This document shows positions 31,541 through 42,279 of a DNA stretch of 64,000 bases, one piece after another. The notes beneath the pieces were generated by a model that searched no databases, was not told the origin of the DNA, and saw only the letters and a list, made by a program, of their open reading frames with translations. The stretch spans positions 3,364-67,363 of the forward strand of contig JASGMW010000001.1 of the NCBI GenBank assembly GCA_030156225.1. The letters are read 5' to 3'. The stretch is from Methanofollis sp. Lineage in GTDB: Archaea; Halobacteriota; Methanomicrobia; Methanomicrobiales; Methanofollaceae. A program made the position numbers and the translations under genes. Position 1 is the first letter of the stretch; every line of letters starts with the position of its first letter.

Positions 31541-31599
31541 CTGCGGGGTGAAGGGGGCGGAGCGGGGAGTCCCCGGTCAACAGGCGCGGGGCAGTTCAC
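31541..31599 (+). mobile_element. 59-bp IS605-type left-end/right-end hybrid (PATE-like)
   Basis: TTAAT|CTGCGGGGTGAAGGGGGCGGAGCGGG...CAGGCGCGGGGCAGTTCAC shares both ends with 27354-27599 but lacks the interior. Confidence 0.7.
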
Positions 31600-31702
31600 T
31601 CCTGCACCCATGCCGGCCTCTCCGGGTCCGGCCTCCAATACAAACTCTTTTCATTATTCTTGCCGATGTATGCATACGAGCAGGATAGGATCGTGCAAAG
31701 AG

Positions 31703-32080
31703 ATGACAATGATGAAACGCGTGCTTATAATAGACGATTCGTCCTTTCAGAGAAAAATCATCTCCTCGATCCTCGCCGCAGAGGGGTATGAGATCATCTG
31801 CGCAGAGAACGGCGTGGAAGGACTGAAAAACGTCGCCGATCTGCATCCCGACATGATCGTCCTCGATCTGCTGATGCCCGGCATGAACGGGACGGAAGTA
31901 ATGGAGCAGATACACAGGCAGGGATTTCAGATTCCGATCATCGTCCTGACCGCCGACATCCAGGAATCAACAAAGCAGAGATGCATCGAAATGGGAGCAG
32001 CCAGATTCATCAACAAACCGGTGAAAAAAGACGAACTCCGGACAGCGGTCAGAGAGGTGCTGGAGGTGAAATGTGCGTGA
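31703..32080 (+). CDS. Single-domain response regulator (CheY-like)
   Basis: IIDD, VLDLLMP (phospho-acceptor Asp), LTAD, NKP. Confidence 0.9.
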   Translation: MTMMKRVLIIDDSSFQRKIISSILAAEGYEIICAENGVEGLKNVADLHPDMIVLDLLMPGMNGTEVMEQIHRQGFQIPIIVLTADIQESTKQRCIEMGAARFINKPVKKDELRTAVREVLEVKCA

Positions 32081-32682
32081 CGTGCCTGAAAGACGAAGAT
32101 CTCGACGCTATCAAGGAACTGGTGAACATCGGCGTCGGCAGGGCGGCGGCGATGCTGAACGAGATCACCTGTTCTCATATCATCCTCCATGTACCGATTC
32201 TCCAGGTAATCAGAATTGATGAACTCGATTCGATCGGGGGGCTTCCCAGAAACGAAGGTGCCGCCACCGTCAAGATCGATTTCAGGGGGTTTTTTACCGG
32301 CACGACCGCGCTGATCTTTCCGCCTGAAAGCGCCGCGGCCCTTGTAATGGCGATCACTGGAGAGACAGACGGACAGCCAGAACTCGATGCGATCAGGACC
32401 GAGACCCTGATGGAAGTAGGGAACATCTTTATCAACGGGGTCATGGGATCGATCGGAAACGTGCTCGGCCAGCAGATCACCTACCTGCCCCCGGTCTATG
32501 TTGAGGACACGATAGCAAACATCGCCCGGAGTGCTCGTTTCGACCCGGACGAACGGGTGCTGCTCGCCAACACACACTTTTACGTCGAAGACATCAATGT
32601 CGAGGGGATCATCGTGATGATTCTGGAGATCGGATCGCTCGATATCCTCCTCGGCAGGATTGCGGCTGTCAGGGGAGGGTGA
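32071..32682 (+). CDS. CheC-like phosphatase
   Basis: Two E-x2-N sites (KELVNIGVG and MEVGNIFING); GGAGGTGA SD upstream. Confidence 0.85.
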   Translation: MCVTCLKDEDLDAIKELVNIGVGRAAAMLNEITCSHIILHVPILQVIRIDELDSIGGLPRNEGAATVKIDFRGFFTGTTALIFPPESAAALVMAITGETDGQPELDAIRTETLMEVGNIFINGVMGSIGNVLGQQITYLPPVYVEDTIANIARSARFDPDERVLLANTHFYVEDINVEGIIVMILEIGSLDILLGRIAAVRGG

Positions 32683-32686
32683 TCGT

Positions 32687-33445
32687 ACGACTGAGAACCG
32701 GTCTGCCCGTGCCTGGGAAGGGATGGATCTGCTGCCGGTCGGAATATGCATCATCGACGAGGGTCTAAAGGTCAGGTACTGGAACACCTGCCTGGAGGAA
32801 TGGACCGGAATGCCGACCGCCGACATGCTGGGGCAGGATCTCACCGAACACTTCCCGGGCCTGAAAAAATCCGGCGTCATCGAACGGATCAGACAGGTGC
32901 TTCAGGGAGGGGCCCCGGCAGTGTTCTCCTCCCAGATCCACATCTGTCTCATCCCCTCGTATTTCCCGGACGGCACGATGCGGGTCCAGCGCACCACCCT
33001 GATACCCCTCAACACCGGGAGTGAGGGCCATTTTAACGCAATGTTTGTCTGCGAGGACGTGAGCGCCCTGACAGAGCAGGTGAAGTCGGTCAGGGCAATG
33101 AGAAACCAGACGCTGCACGAGCTTGAGGAACGGAGAAAAGCCGAACTGGCACTGATAGCCGCCCACGAAGACCTCCGGACATATCTCGCCGAAAATACAT
33201 CCCGGCTCAGGAACTCGCTCAACAACGCCGCAGACGACCTCAAGATGATCCGGCAGGAGATGGAGGCAGGAGATCGCGATGGCGTCGGGACGAAATTGCG
33301 CGACGTGATCGTCACCATAGAATCGATAGAGAAGAGGTTGTCCGAACTGAACGAGGCCGCGCGCGAACGGCAGCGGGAGATCAGGCGGGCGCCGCCATAT
33401 TTCATACCCGAACCGAGAGACGATGGCAGCACCAATCGTCGCTGA
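32687..33445 (+). CDS. PAS-domain protein with C-terminal coiled coil/degenerate HisKA and no catalytic domain
   Basis: LPVGICIID...WN..LEEWTG PAS, EDVS, then coiled coil. First ATG is 32723; an in-frame ACG at 32687 follows the SD-like sequence. Confidence 0.75.
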   Translation, partial: TTENRSARAWEGMDLLPVGICIIDEGLKVRYWNTCLEEWTGMPTADMLGQDLTEHFPGLKKSGVIERIRQVLQGGAPAVFSSQIHICLIPSYFPDGTMRVQRTTLIPLNTGSEGHFNAMFVCEDVSALTEQVKSVRAMRNQTLHELEERRKAELALIAAHEDLRTYLAENTSRLRNSLNNAADDLKMIRQEMEAGDRDGVGTKLRDVIVTIESIEKRLSELNEAARERQREIRRAPPYFIPEPRDDGSTNRR

Positions 33446-33466
33446 ACCGCAAAAAAATTCAGGCGC

Positions 33467-34600
33467 CTATATCCAGCCGGTACCCGCCATCAGGAGGGCG
33501 AAGAGCACCAGGTCATAGGTGGCATGGGTGATCGCACAGACCGAGGTGTTCGTCCGTGTTTTCAGGAGGGCGAACGCGATGCCTGCAAAAAATACAGAGA
33601 TCACCCCGTCCCATGCGTACTGGTAGGCGTGCAGGGAGGTGAAGACCAGAACTGATAGCAGGATGCCGAAACGCGGCTGCAAAACACCCCTGATAGCAAG
33701 TTCTTCACCGACACCGGCAACGATCGCCGCCACAACCGCAACGAGCGGCGTCAGGTACGATCCAAAGAGCGCCCTCATATATCCTTCATCAGTGACGTAC
33801 CAGCCGAAATATCCCCAGATCGTGCCAATGACCTGATCGAGAAGAGAGAGGACGAGGACAAGCGCCACCCCGACGGCGACGGCGAAGACAACCGAACGGA
33901 GAGTCGGCCTGACAATGCCAAGACGTTCAAGCGCCTCGGAAAACGACCTCTTCACAAAGAGGCCGACAGCGATGAAGACACCGAGGATGGTCCAGAACAG
34001 GCCGTATGCATCGGATTTTGCCGCCTCCGCCGGAGAAACCGGTCCGAGGGCGAACGCTGGATTTTCCACCAGGTCGACAAGCGGGGGGTGGCCGATGACC
34101 GTAAGGGGGACGAGGGGAAGGAGCGCAAGGGCCGCGATGATCACGAGGGCAACGGTGTGGACGAAGTTTTCCGGGTCGATCGGGATATACCGCGCAAGGA
34201 CGAGGCGGACCCGCCGTGAGAAACCGAGCAGGCTCACCCCGACCGCACCGAGGCAGAGGACCGGGGAGGAGATCAGCGCCGCCACGAGGTCGAGAGGCGG
34301 CTCTTCGACGTCCATTTCCATCAGGGAGAGCCAGGGTGCAAGCGAGAAGAACCACGAGAGGAGCGCAAGAGTGAGGACAGAGAAGACCGTGAGAGCGGCG
34401 ACGAACGGCCGAAGACGGGGGCGATCGAGAGAGAGGAATGCGAGGAGCGCGATCACAAATATCGGGGCGGCCTCCGCACCGGCTGAGAAGAAGAGGCCGA
34501 GGTCGCCCTGCGGGTCGCCGGAGAAGGCGACGGCGATCGCCACAACGCCGGCCAGGAGGGCGGAGATGATCATGAGGGGATGATAGGCGACTCTGTCCAT
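33467..34600 (-). CDS. CPBP (CAAX protease/Abi) intramembrane metalloprotease
   Basis: EEL.IRG, FTSLH and HATYD motifs; many TM helices. Confidence 0.88.
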   Translation of the reverse strand: MDRVAYHPLMIISALLAGVVAIAVAFSGDPQGDLGLFFSAGAEAAPIFVIALLAFLSLDRPRLRPFVAALTVFSVLTLALLSWFFSLAPWLSLMEMDVEEPPLDLVAALISSPVLCLGAVGVSLLGFSRRVRLVLARYIPIDPENFVHTVALVIIAALALLPLVPLTVIGHPPLVDLVENPAFALGPVSPAEAAKSDAYGLFWTILGVFIAVGLFVKRSFSEALERLGIVRPTLRSVVFAVAVGVALVLVLSLLDQVIGTIWGYFGWYVTDEGYMRALFGSYLTPLVAVVAAIVAGVGEELAIRGVLQPRFGILLSVLVFTSLHAYQYAWDGVISVFFAGIAFALLKTRTNTSVCAITHATYDLVLFALLMAGTGWI

Positions 34601-34718
34601 GATACCGGCCTGATGGAATACAATGCGCATGATGCGTATAAATACCGGCACAGAGCACCCGCCGGGATGACGGGTGTTATGGCCGAAAAAAAGGGGACGG
34701 ATAACATCGATCCCTGAC

Positions 34719-35561
34719 TCACTCCCCGGCGAGTTCGTGCAGGCGGCGGATGTTGCCGGCGTCGTCCCGAAAATCGTCCACCGGCGTCTCGCAGATCAGG
34801 GGGAGGCTCCGGATCGCCGGGACGGCAAGAAATGCTCTGAACCCTGCATCGCCGATCGCCCCCAGGCCGATGTGCTCGTGCCGGTCAAGGTGCGACCCGA
34901 GCGCACCCTTGCAGTCGTTGCAGTGGACGACGCGGAGACGGTCAAGGCCGATCGCCCCGTCGAAGAGGTCGAGGCTCTCCCTGACTGTTTCCGCATTGCG
35001 GAGGTCGTATCCCGCGGCGAAGGCATGGCAGGTGTCGAAACAGACAGCGGTGCGCTCCCCCGGGAGAGCATCGAGCACCAGGGCAATATCCTCGAACGTC
35101 CCCCCCAGACTGTTCTTTGTGCCGGAGGTATTTTCCAGGAGAAGACCGACCTTGCCGGGAGCGGCATCGAACGATCTGAGAATCCCGTCGATCAGGCGCA
35201 CTCTCCCCTCCTCGATCCCGGTGCCGAGATGGCTCCCGAGATGCATCACCAGATCCGGTATGCCGAGGGTGTCGCAGCGTTTCAGTTCGGCCGTCAGGGT
35301 TTCAACCGATCTCTGATAGACTTCTTTTTTCGGCGATGCAAGATTCGGGAGGTACGGCATGTGGTCTACCACCGGGCCAAGGCCGGATGCCGCAAGCCGT
35401 TCTCTGAACCCGGCAATATCGGCGTCGATGAGTTCTCTGGATCGCCATCCCCTGGGGTTGCGCGAGAAGATCTGGAAACAGGCGCACCCTCGCTCCCCGG
35501 CCCGCCTCACGGCATCGGCAAGGGACCCCGCGATCGAGACATGGCACCCGGCACGAATCAT
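34719..35561 (-). CDS. nfo: Endonuclease IV
   Basis: GCHVSIAG, HMPYLPNLAS, LLENTSG, CFDTCHAF, HCND, DRHEHIG, ETP. Confidence 0.95.
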   Translation of the reverse strand: MIRAGCHVSIAGSLADAVRRAGERGCACFQIFSRNPRGWRSRELIDADIAGFRERLAASGLGPVVDHMPYLPNLASPKKEVYQRSVETLTAELKRCDTLGIPDLVMHLGSHLGTGIEEGRVRLIDGILRSFDAAPGKVGLLLENTSGTKNSLGGTFEDIALVLDALPGERTAVCFDTCHAFAAGYDLRNAETVRESLDLFDGAIGLDRLRVVHCNDCKGALGSHLDRHEHIGLGAIGDAGFRAFLAVPAIRSLPLICETPVDDFRDDAGNIRRLHELAGE

Positions 35562-35844
35562 GGATGAACGTGGGGCCGGTGCCCTCATCAGGCTGCCGGA
35601 GCAGGCAGGTATTGCAGGCGATCATTCAGGACACCCTGAACCCTGGAGATCAACGCACACAATACGGGTGTGCTCTCAGAGACCGGCTCGATCGCCCTGA
35701 TCGCCGCACCGGTCTTTATCTGGATCGGCGGCAACCGCGCGATCGCCCTCGAAATACTCCATAAAGCCGGGACGGACCATCACCGCACACACACGGCATC
35801 CGGATCGGGAAAATGCAGTGTCCTGCCCCGCACATTGCGGAATA

Positions 35845-35874
35845 TTTAAATATAGAAGTGGGAACCTACATTCC
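35845..35874 (+). promoter_or_regulatory. nif promoter TATA box plus NrpR operator
   Basis: TTTAAATA (35845-35852) followed by a perfect GGAA-N6-TTCC (GGAACCTACATTCC, 35861-35874) upstream of nifH. Confidence 0.85.
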
Positions 35875-36149
35875 ATTAACTTTTTAAAGTATTTCTGCCA
35901 ACACTACCATGCAACACAGTTCGGAGGTAGAGTGCGACAAACGACAGTCTGTGAAAACGAGGGCATGGAAAAGTCGGCAACTACCCGGAACGTGACCGCT
36001 GCCATCCCAACGCCGGGCAGACGGGCCCTGCCGGCATGGCGCGACCCCGCCACCGCGGGAATGACACGCATGGGGGAGGCCGACACCATCCCGGGAAGGG
36101 GCGACCGTATGGGCGCCACCGCGGATCAGGCCGGGTACATGGGACCTGA

Positions 36150-37064
<915 letters not shown>

Positions 37065-37093
37065 CAAACACCAGAAAGACAGGATGTGAAAAT

Positions 37094-37420
37094 GTGCAGT
37101 TCGTAAGAGCGATAGTCAGGCCTGAAAAGAAGGATGAAGTCCTTGAAAACCTTTCATCAGGAGGATTTAACGCCGCAACAGTTGTCGATGTCGTAGGTCG
37201 CGGGAAACAGAAGGGCATCAGGATGGGAGATATCTACTACGACGAGATCCCGAAAACCCTCATTCTTGTCGCAATAGAGGACGCGGACACGGACAAAATC
37301 GTGGACATCATCCTGAGAACCGCTAAGACCGGCACCGACGGCAACTTTGGCGACGGAAAGATCTTCATCAGCCCTGTGGAAGAGGCGTACACGATCTCAA
37401 AGGGCACGAAGGGTCTTTGA
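37094..37420 (+). CDS. nifI1: PII-family nitrogenase regulator NifI1
   Basis: VRPEK, GRGKQKG, YDEIPK, GDGKIF; GTG start. Confidence 0.93.
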   Translation: MQFVRAIVRPEKKDEVLENLSSGGFNAATVVDVVGRGKQKGIRMGDIYYDEIPKTLILVAIEDADTDKIVDIILRTAKTGTDGNFGDGKIFISPVEEAYTISKGTKGL

Positions 37421-37435
37421 ACCGGAGGTGCCGAA

Positions 37436-37855
37436 ATGAAAGAGATTATGGCCATTGTGCGGATGAAGAGGACCGGTGCGACGAAACGTGCTCTGATTGA
37501 GGCGGGCGTCGCCGGTTTTACCGCCTTCAAAGTGACCGGCAGAGGAAAACTGCTGGACCACAGTGAGATCAACGTTCCCTGCAAGGAAAAACTCATGGGA
37601 ATGGCCGCCTCCGATGTCATCGACAGGAAGGAATCCGAAGAGCAGGTCGTCACATTCCTTGACGATAAAAGGATGTTTCCAAGGAGGATGTTTACCATTC
37701 TCGCATATGACGAGGATGTCCCAAGGATCATAGAGGCAATCATCAAAGCCAATCGCACAGAACGCGGTGCAGGCGACGGGAAGATCTTCGTAACACCCGT
37801 AAACAATGCAGTCCGTGTCCGCACGGGCGAATCAGGTGACGCTGCAATCTGGTAA
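37436..37855 (+). CDS. nifI2: PII-family nitrogenase regulator NifI2
   Basis: MKEIMAIVR, GRGK with long T-loop, GDGKIFV, RVRTGESG. Confidence 0.93.
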   Translation: MKEIMAIVRMKRTGATKRALIEAGVAGFTAFKVTGRGKLLDHSEINVPCKEKLMGMAASDVIDRKESEEQVVTFLDDKRMFPRRMFTILAYDEDVPRIIEAIIKANRTERGAGDGKIFVTPVNNAVRVRTGESGDAAIW

Positions 37856-37877
37856 GGCCTACAGGAGACGTGAAAAC

Positions 37878-39491
37878 ATGACGGTGACAGACGTAAACGT
37901 TGACGAGCTAGTGGCGTCTTTTCCTGACAAAGTAAAAAAGAACAGGAAAAGGCATATCGTCAAAAAAAATGAATCCGCTGGTTCCTGCCCGCAGATCGAA
38001 GCGAATACCAGGACGGTGCCGGGCATTATCACACAGCGGGGATGCTGCTATGCAGGATGCAAGGGCGTGGTCGTCGGACCGATCAAGGATATGATCTCGA
38101 TCACGCACGGCCCGATCGGATGCGCATACTACAGCTGGGGAACACGACGGAACAAGGCAAGAGCCGATGACAGGACACCTCCCGAACAGATATACTCAAC
38201 GATGTGCTTTTCGACCGACATGCAGGAGAGCGACATCGTCTTCGGAGGAGAGAAAAAACTGGCGAAGATGATCGACGAGGTCGTAGAGATCTTTCACCCG
38301 AGGGCAATCAACGTCTGTTCGACCTGCCCGATCGGACTGATCGGCGACGACCTCGGAGCTGTTGCAAAAGCGGCAGAGGAAAAGCACGGAATCCCGGTGA
38401 TCCCCTATAACTGCGAGGGCTATAAGGGTGTGAGCCAGTCGGCCGGCCACCATATCGCCAACAACCAGATTATGGAACACATCATCGGAACGGGTACCGA
38501 GGAACTGGATGGAAAATATATCGTCAACCTCCTTGGAGAGTACAACATCGGCGGAGACGGCTGGGTGATCGAACAACTCCTCGAGGAGATCGGATATAAA
38601 GTAAACTCGATACTTACCGGAGATTCGGCCTATGTAAACATCAGAAACCTGCATAAGGTCCACCTGAACCTCGTCCAGTGCCACCGTTCGATCAACTACA
38701 TCGCCGAGATGATGGAGACGAAGTACGGCACTCCCTGGCTGAAGATCAACTTCATCGGTATCGAGGCGACAATCGAGAGCCTTCGTGATATTGCACAGTG
38801 CTTCGGCGACGAAGAATTGATCGCAAGGACAGAACTCGTCATAGAACGCGAACTGGCCGCAGTCACACCGGAGCTTGAACGATACCGAAAGATCTGCAGG
38901 GGCAAGACCGCCTTTTCCTTCGTCGGAGGATCACGCAGTCACCACTACCAGTACCTGCTCAGGGATCTCGGCATGGAGGTTGTGGTTGCGGGGTACGAGT
39001 TTGCCCACCGCGACGATTACGAGGGGCGTGAAGTTATACCGACCATCAAGAGCGATGCGGATACAAAGAACATCCCTGAACTCCATCTCGAACCTGATCC
39101 CGAGATGTACAGGGAGCCCAATCTTCACCTGAACATGTCAAAGGAGAAGTACGACGAACTGGTGGCATCAGGCCGCCTCGGATATTACAAGGGAATGTAC
39201 CCCGACATGATAGACGGCGGCATCATGATCGACGACGCCAACCATTACGAGACCGAAGAACTGATCGAGATCTTCAAACCCGACCTGATATTCACAGGCA
39301 TAAAGGACAAGTACGTCTCGCACAAGATGGGCGTCCCCTCCAAACAGATGCACTCGTACGACTACAGCGGTCCGTACACCTGCTTCAGGGGTGCGGTGAC
39401 CTTTGCAAGGGATATCGCGAATGCACTCTCCACACCTGCATGGAAGATGATCACCCCGCCCTGGGAACAGAGCGAAACAAAAAGGACGTGA
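37878..39491 (+). CDS. nifD: Nitrogenase MoFe protein alpha chain (group II with insertion)
   Basis: RGCCYAG, HGPIGC, TCPIG, SAGHH, cofactor ligands QCHRS and QMHSYDY, EFAHRDDY followed by a ~50-aa insertion. Confidence 0.97.
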   Translation: MTVTDVNVDELVASFPDKVKKNRKRHIVKKNESAGSCPQIEANTRTVPGIITQRGCCYAGCKGVVVGPIKDMISITHGPIGCAYYSWGTRRNKARADDRTPPEQIYSTMCFSTDMQESDIVFGGEKKLAKMIDEVVEIFHPRAINVCSTCPIGLIGDDLGAVAKAAEEKHGIPVIPYNCEGYKGVSQSAGHHIANNQIMEHIIGTGTEELDGKYIVNLLGEYNIGGDGWVIEQLLEEIGYKVNSILTGDSAYVNIRNLHKVHLNLVQCHRSINYIAEMMETKYGTPWLKINFIGIEATIESLRDIAQCFGDEELIARTELVIERELAAVTPELERYRKICRGKTAFSFVGGSRSHHYQYLLRDLGMEVVVAGYEFAHRDDYEGREVIPTIKSDADTKNIPELHLEPDPEMYREPNLHLNMSKEKYDELVASGRLGYYKGMYPDMIDGGIMIDDANHYETEELIEIFKPDLIFTGIKDKYVSHKMGVPSKQMHSYDYSGPYTCFRGAVTFARDIANALSTPAWKMITPPWEQSETKRT

Positions 39492-39497
39492 CCAGAG

Positions 39498-40874
39498 ATG
39501 CTCGACTGTACACCAAAAGAGCCTGTCCCTTCAGATGCGCACACGATAGGGAAGATCAACCCGGTAAAGACATGCCAGCCGGTTGGTGCGATGTATGCAG
39601 CCCTTGGCATTCACGGCTGTCTCCCGCACAGCCACGGGTCACAGGGGTGCTGCTCGTACCACAGAATGGCATTATCCAGGCATTTCCATGAGCCTGCAAT
39701 GGCGTCAACAAGTTCCTTCACAGAAGGAGCATCCGTATTCGGCGGCGCTGCAAACCTGAAGACAGCGATAAAGAATGTGTTCGCGATCTATCACCCGGAT
39801 ATCATTGCCATCCACACCACCTGCCTCAGCGAGACCATCGGGGACGATCTTCCGACCATCATCAAGCAGGCGGAGATCCCGGAAGGCAGGTACGTCATCC
39901 ACGCCAACACGCCGAGTTACCACGGATCGCACATCACCGGGTTTTCGAACATGTGCAGGGGGATCGTATCCTACCTTGCAGAGTCCGACGGCAACCCGAA
40001 AAAGGAGCGGGCAAACATATTCCCGGGATTCGTAAACCCCGGAGACATGAGAGAGGTCAGGCGGATTGTAACCGAGATGGGCGTTCCCTCGATCATGTAT
40101 CCTGACACCACGAACGTGATGGACTCACCGCTGCTGAACAAGTACGAGATGTACCCCGGAGGCGGTGCAAAGATCGAGGACATAAAGGATTCCGGGAATT
40201 CGAAGATGACCCTCTCGCTTGGAGCATGGTCCTCCGACGAAGCGGCAGCGACCCTCCAGGACAAATGCAACGTGCCGGGTGTTCCGCTCAAGATCCCGAT
40301 CGGGGTAAAGGCGACGGATGATCTGGTGATGGCAGTGAAGGAGGGTTTCGGGGTAGAAGTACCGGAGTCCCTCGAAATCGAGAGAGGACAGGTCATCGAT
40401 ACCCTGATCGACACCCACTTCCAGTACGAAGGAAAAAAAGTGGCGGTATTCGGGGACCCCGATATCGTGATCCCGCTGACTGAGTTCCTCATTACCATGG
40501 GCATGATCCCGAAATATGTCATTACGGGAACACCCGGGAACAAATTCGAAAAGATCATCAACCAGATGCTCGAAGAAGCGGGCATCGAAGGTAGCAAGGT
40601 CAGGGCCGAAGGAGATCTCTTCGAACTCCACCAGTGGATCAAGGAGGAGTCGGTGGACCTCCTCATCGGCAACACACACGGCAAGTACATCGCAAGGGCC
40701 GAGGACATCCCGCTGGTCAGGGTCGGGTTCCCGATCTTCGACCGGGCCGTCCAACCGCTCATGCCGATAACGGGATACAGGGGATGTCTGCGGTTGATTG
40801 AGATGATCAGCAACACATTGCTTGAACGCCGTGACCGCGACTGCAAAGACGAAGACTACGAACTGATCCTGTAG
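39498..40874 (+). CDS. nifK: Nitrogenase MoFe protein beta chain
   Basis: INP.KTCQP.GA, HGSQGCCSY, TTCLSETIGDD, TPSY.GSH, GFPIFDR. Confidence 0.97.
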   Translation: MLDCTPKEPVPSDAHTIGKINPVKTCQPVGAMYAALGIHGCLPHSHGSQGCCSYHRMALSRHFHEPAMASTSSFTEGASVFGGAANLKTAIKNVFAIYHPDIIAIHTTCLSETIGDDLPTIIKQAEIPEGRYVIHANTPSYHGSHITGFSNMCRGIVSYLAESDGNPKKERANIFPGFVNPGDMREVRRIVTEMGVPSIMYPDTTNVMDSPLLNKYEMYPGGGAKIEDIKDSGNSKMTLSLGAWSSDEAAATLQDKCNVPGVPLKIPIGVKATDDLVMAVKEGFGVEVPESLEIERGQVIDTLIDTHFQYEGKKVAVFGDPDIVIPLTEFLITMGMIPKYVITGTPGNKFEKIINQMLEEAGIEGSKVRAEGDLFELHQWIKEESVDLLIGNTHGKYIARAEDIPLVRVGFPIFDRAVQPLMPITGYRGCLRLIEMISNTLLERRDRDCKDEDYELIL

Positions 40875-40887
40875 AAGGTGAAAAACC

Positions 40888-42279
40888 ATGGAGAACGATT
40901 GTTCGCTGCCTGCCGGGTCGGCGCCATGTATCGACGAACGGCAGTTCTCCATCATGACCACCGGGAAAAACAAAAGCCGCATTCATTGCGCTGATGACAG
41001 CCTGGCCGGAGCCGTGAGCCAGAGAGCCTGCGTATACTCAGGGGCGAGAGTGGTCTTAAACCCGGTAACGGATGCGGTCCACCTCGTTCACGGCCCGATC
41101 GGCTGTGCGTCGTACACATGGGATATCCGCGGCAGTCTGTCCAGTGATTCTGAGATGTTCAGACAGAGTTTTTCCACCGATCTGAAAGAGAGGGACGTGG
41201 TCTTTGGTGGAGAACCGAAACTTGCCGCCTGTATCGATGAAATCGTCGAGAAGTACCATCCCCCGGCGATATTCGTCTACTCGACCTGCGTCGTCGGGAT
41301 GATCGGCGACGATATCATCGCTGTCTGCAAGGAGGCGTCACACAGACACGGTATCGAGGTGATCCCGGTGGAGTCCAGCGGCTTCATCTCGGGAAACAAG
41401 ATCGTCGGCTACCGGGCGGCAGGAGACGCACTGCTGAAGTTGATCCGTCCGAAGGAAGGAGAGACCGTAGAAAAAACACGGAAACTCAATTACCTCGGGG
41501 AATACAACCTGGGCGGCGAAAAGTGGCTTGTCGAGAGTTATCTCAGAGAGATGGGCATCGAGATCAACGTGGCCTTTACCGGGGATTCGACCGTTGCAGA
41601 CCTGAAAAAAGCGCCTGGCGCATGCCTGAACCTGGTGCAGTGCACCGGCTCGATGCACTGGGTGGCGATGAGCCTGGATCAGGAGTACGGCATCCCGTAC
41701 ATCGACGTGAACTTCTTCGGCGCCGAAAACACCGCGGAAAGCCTGCGGAAGATCGCCAGTTTCTACGGGGACGACGAGATCATGCGCCGGACCGAAGCAC
41801 TCATCGAGCGTGAGATGAAGAAAGTCAGGCCGGTCATCGACAGGTACCGCGAGAAACTTACCGGAAAGCGGGCGGCGATTTATGTGGGCGGTGCCTTCAA
41901 GGCACTCGCCATCATCCGCCAGTTGAAAGAGCTTGGTATGGAGGTCATGTTTACCGGCACGCAGACTGGCAAACAGGAAGACTACGAGCAGATCAGCAGC
42001 ATCGTCAGCGAAGGAACGGTCGTGATCGACGACGCCAATCCTGCCGAGATCGAAAAATTTCTGCTGGAAAAAGATGTCGACATGATGGCCGGCGGCGTGA
42101 AGGAGCGTTTCCTCGCGCACAAACTGGGCATCGGCTTCGTCGACCACAACCACGACCGCAAAGACGGCCTGGCAGGGTTTGAGGGGGCGATCAGGTTCGC
42201 CCGCGAGGTGTATGCCACCACCTGCTCCCCGGTCTGGGAACGGGTGAAGAAAAACCCCTTCGAAGAGGTGCAGGATTGA
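40888..42279 (+). CDS. nifE: FeMo-cofactor scaffold subunit NifE
   Basis: SQRACVYSGA, HGPIGCASY, STCVVG, LVQC.GS, GGVKER. Confidence 0.94.
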   Translation: MENDCSLPAGSAPCIDERQFSIMTTGKNKSRIHCADDSLAGAVSQRACVYSGARVVLNPVTDAVHLVHGPIGCASYTWDIRGSLSSDSEMFRQSFSTDLKERDVVFGGEPKLAACIDEIVEKYHPPAIFVYSTCVVGMIGDDIIAVCKEASHRHGIEVIPVESSGFISGNKIVGYRAAGDALLKLIRPKEGETVEKTRKLNYLGEYNLGGEKWLVESYLREMGIEINVAFTGDSTVADLKKAPGACLNLVQCTGSMHWVAMSLDQEYGIPYIDVNFFGAENTAESLRKIASFYGDDEIMRRTEALIEREMKKVRPVIDRYREKLTGKRAAIYVGGAFKALAIIRQLKELGMEVMFTGTQTGKQEDYEQISSIVSEGTVVIDDANPAEIEKFLLEKDVDMMAGGVKERFLAHKLGIGFVDHNHDRKDGLAGFEGAIRFAREVYATTCSPVWERVKKNPFEEVQD

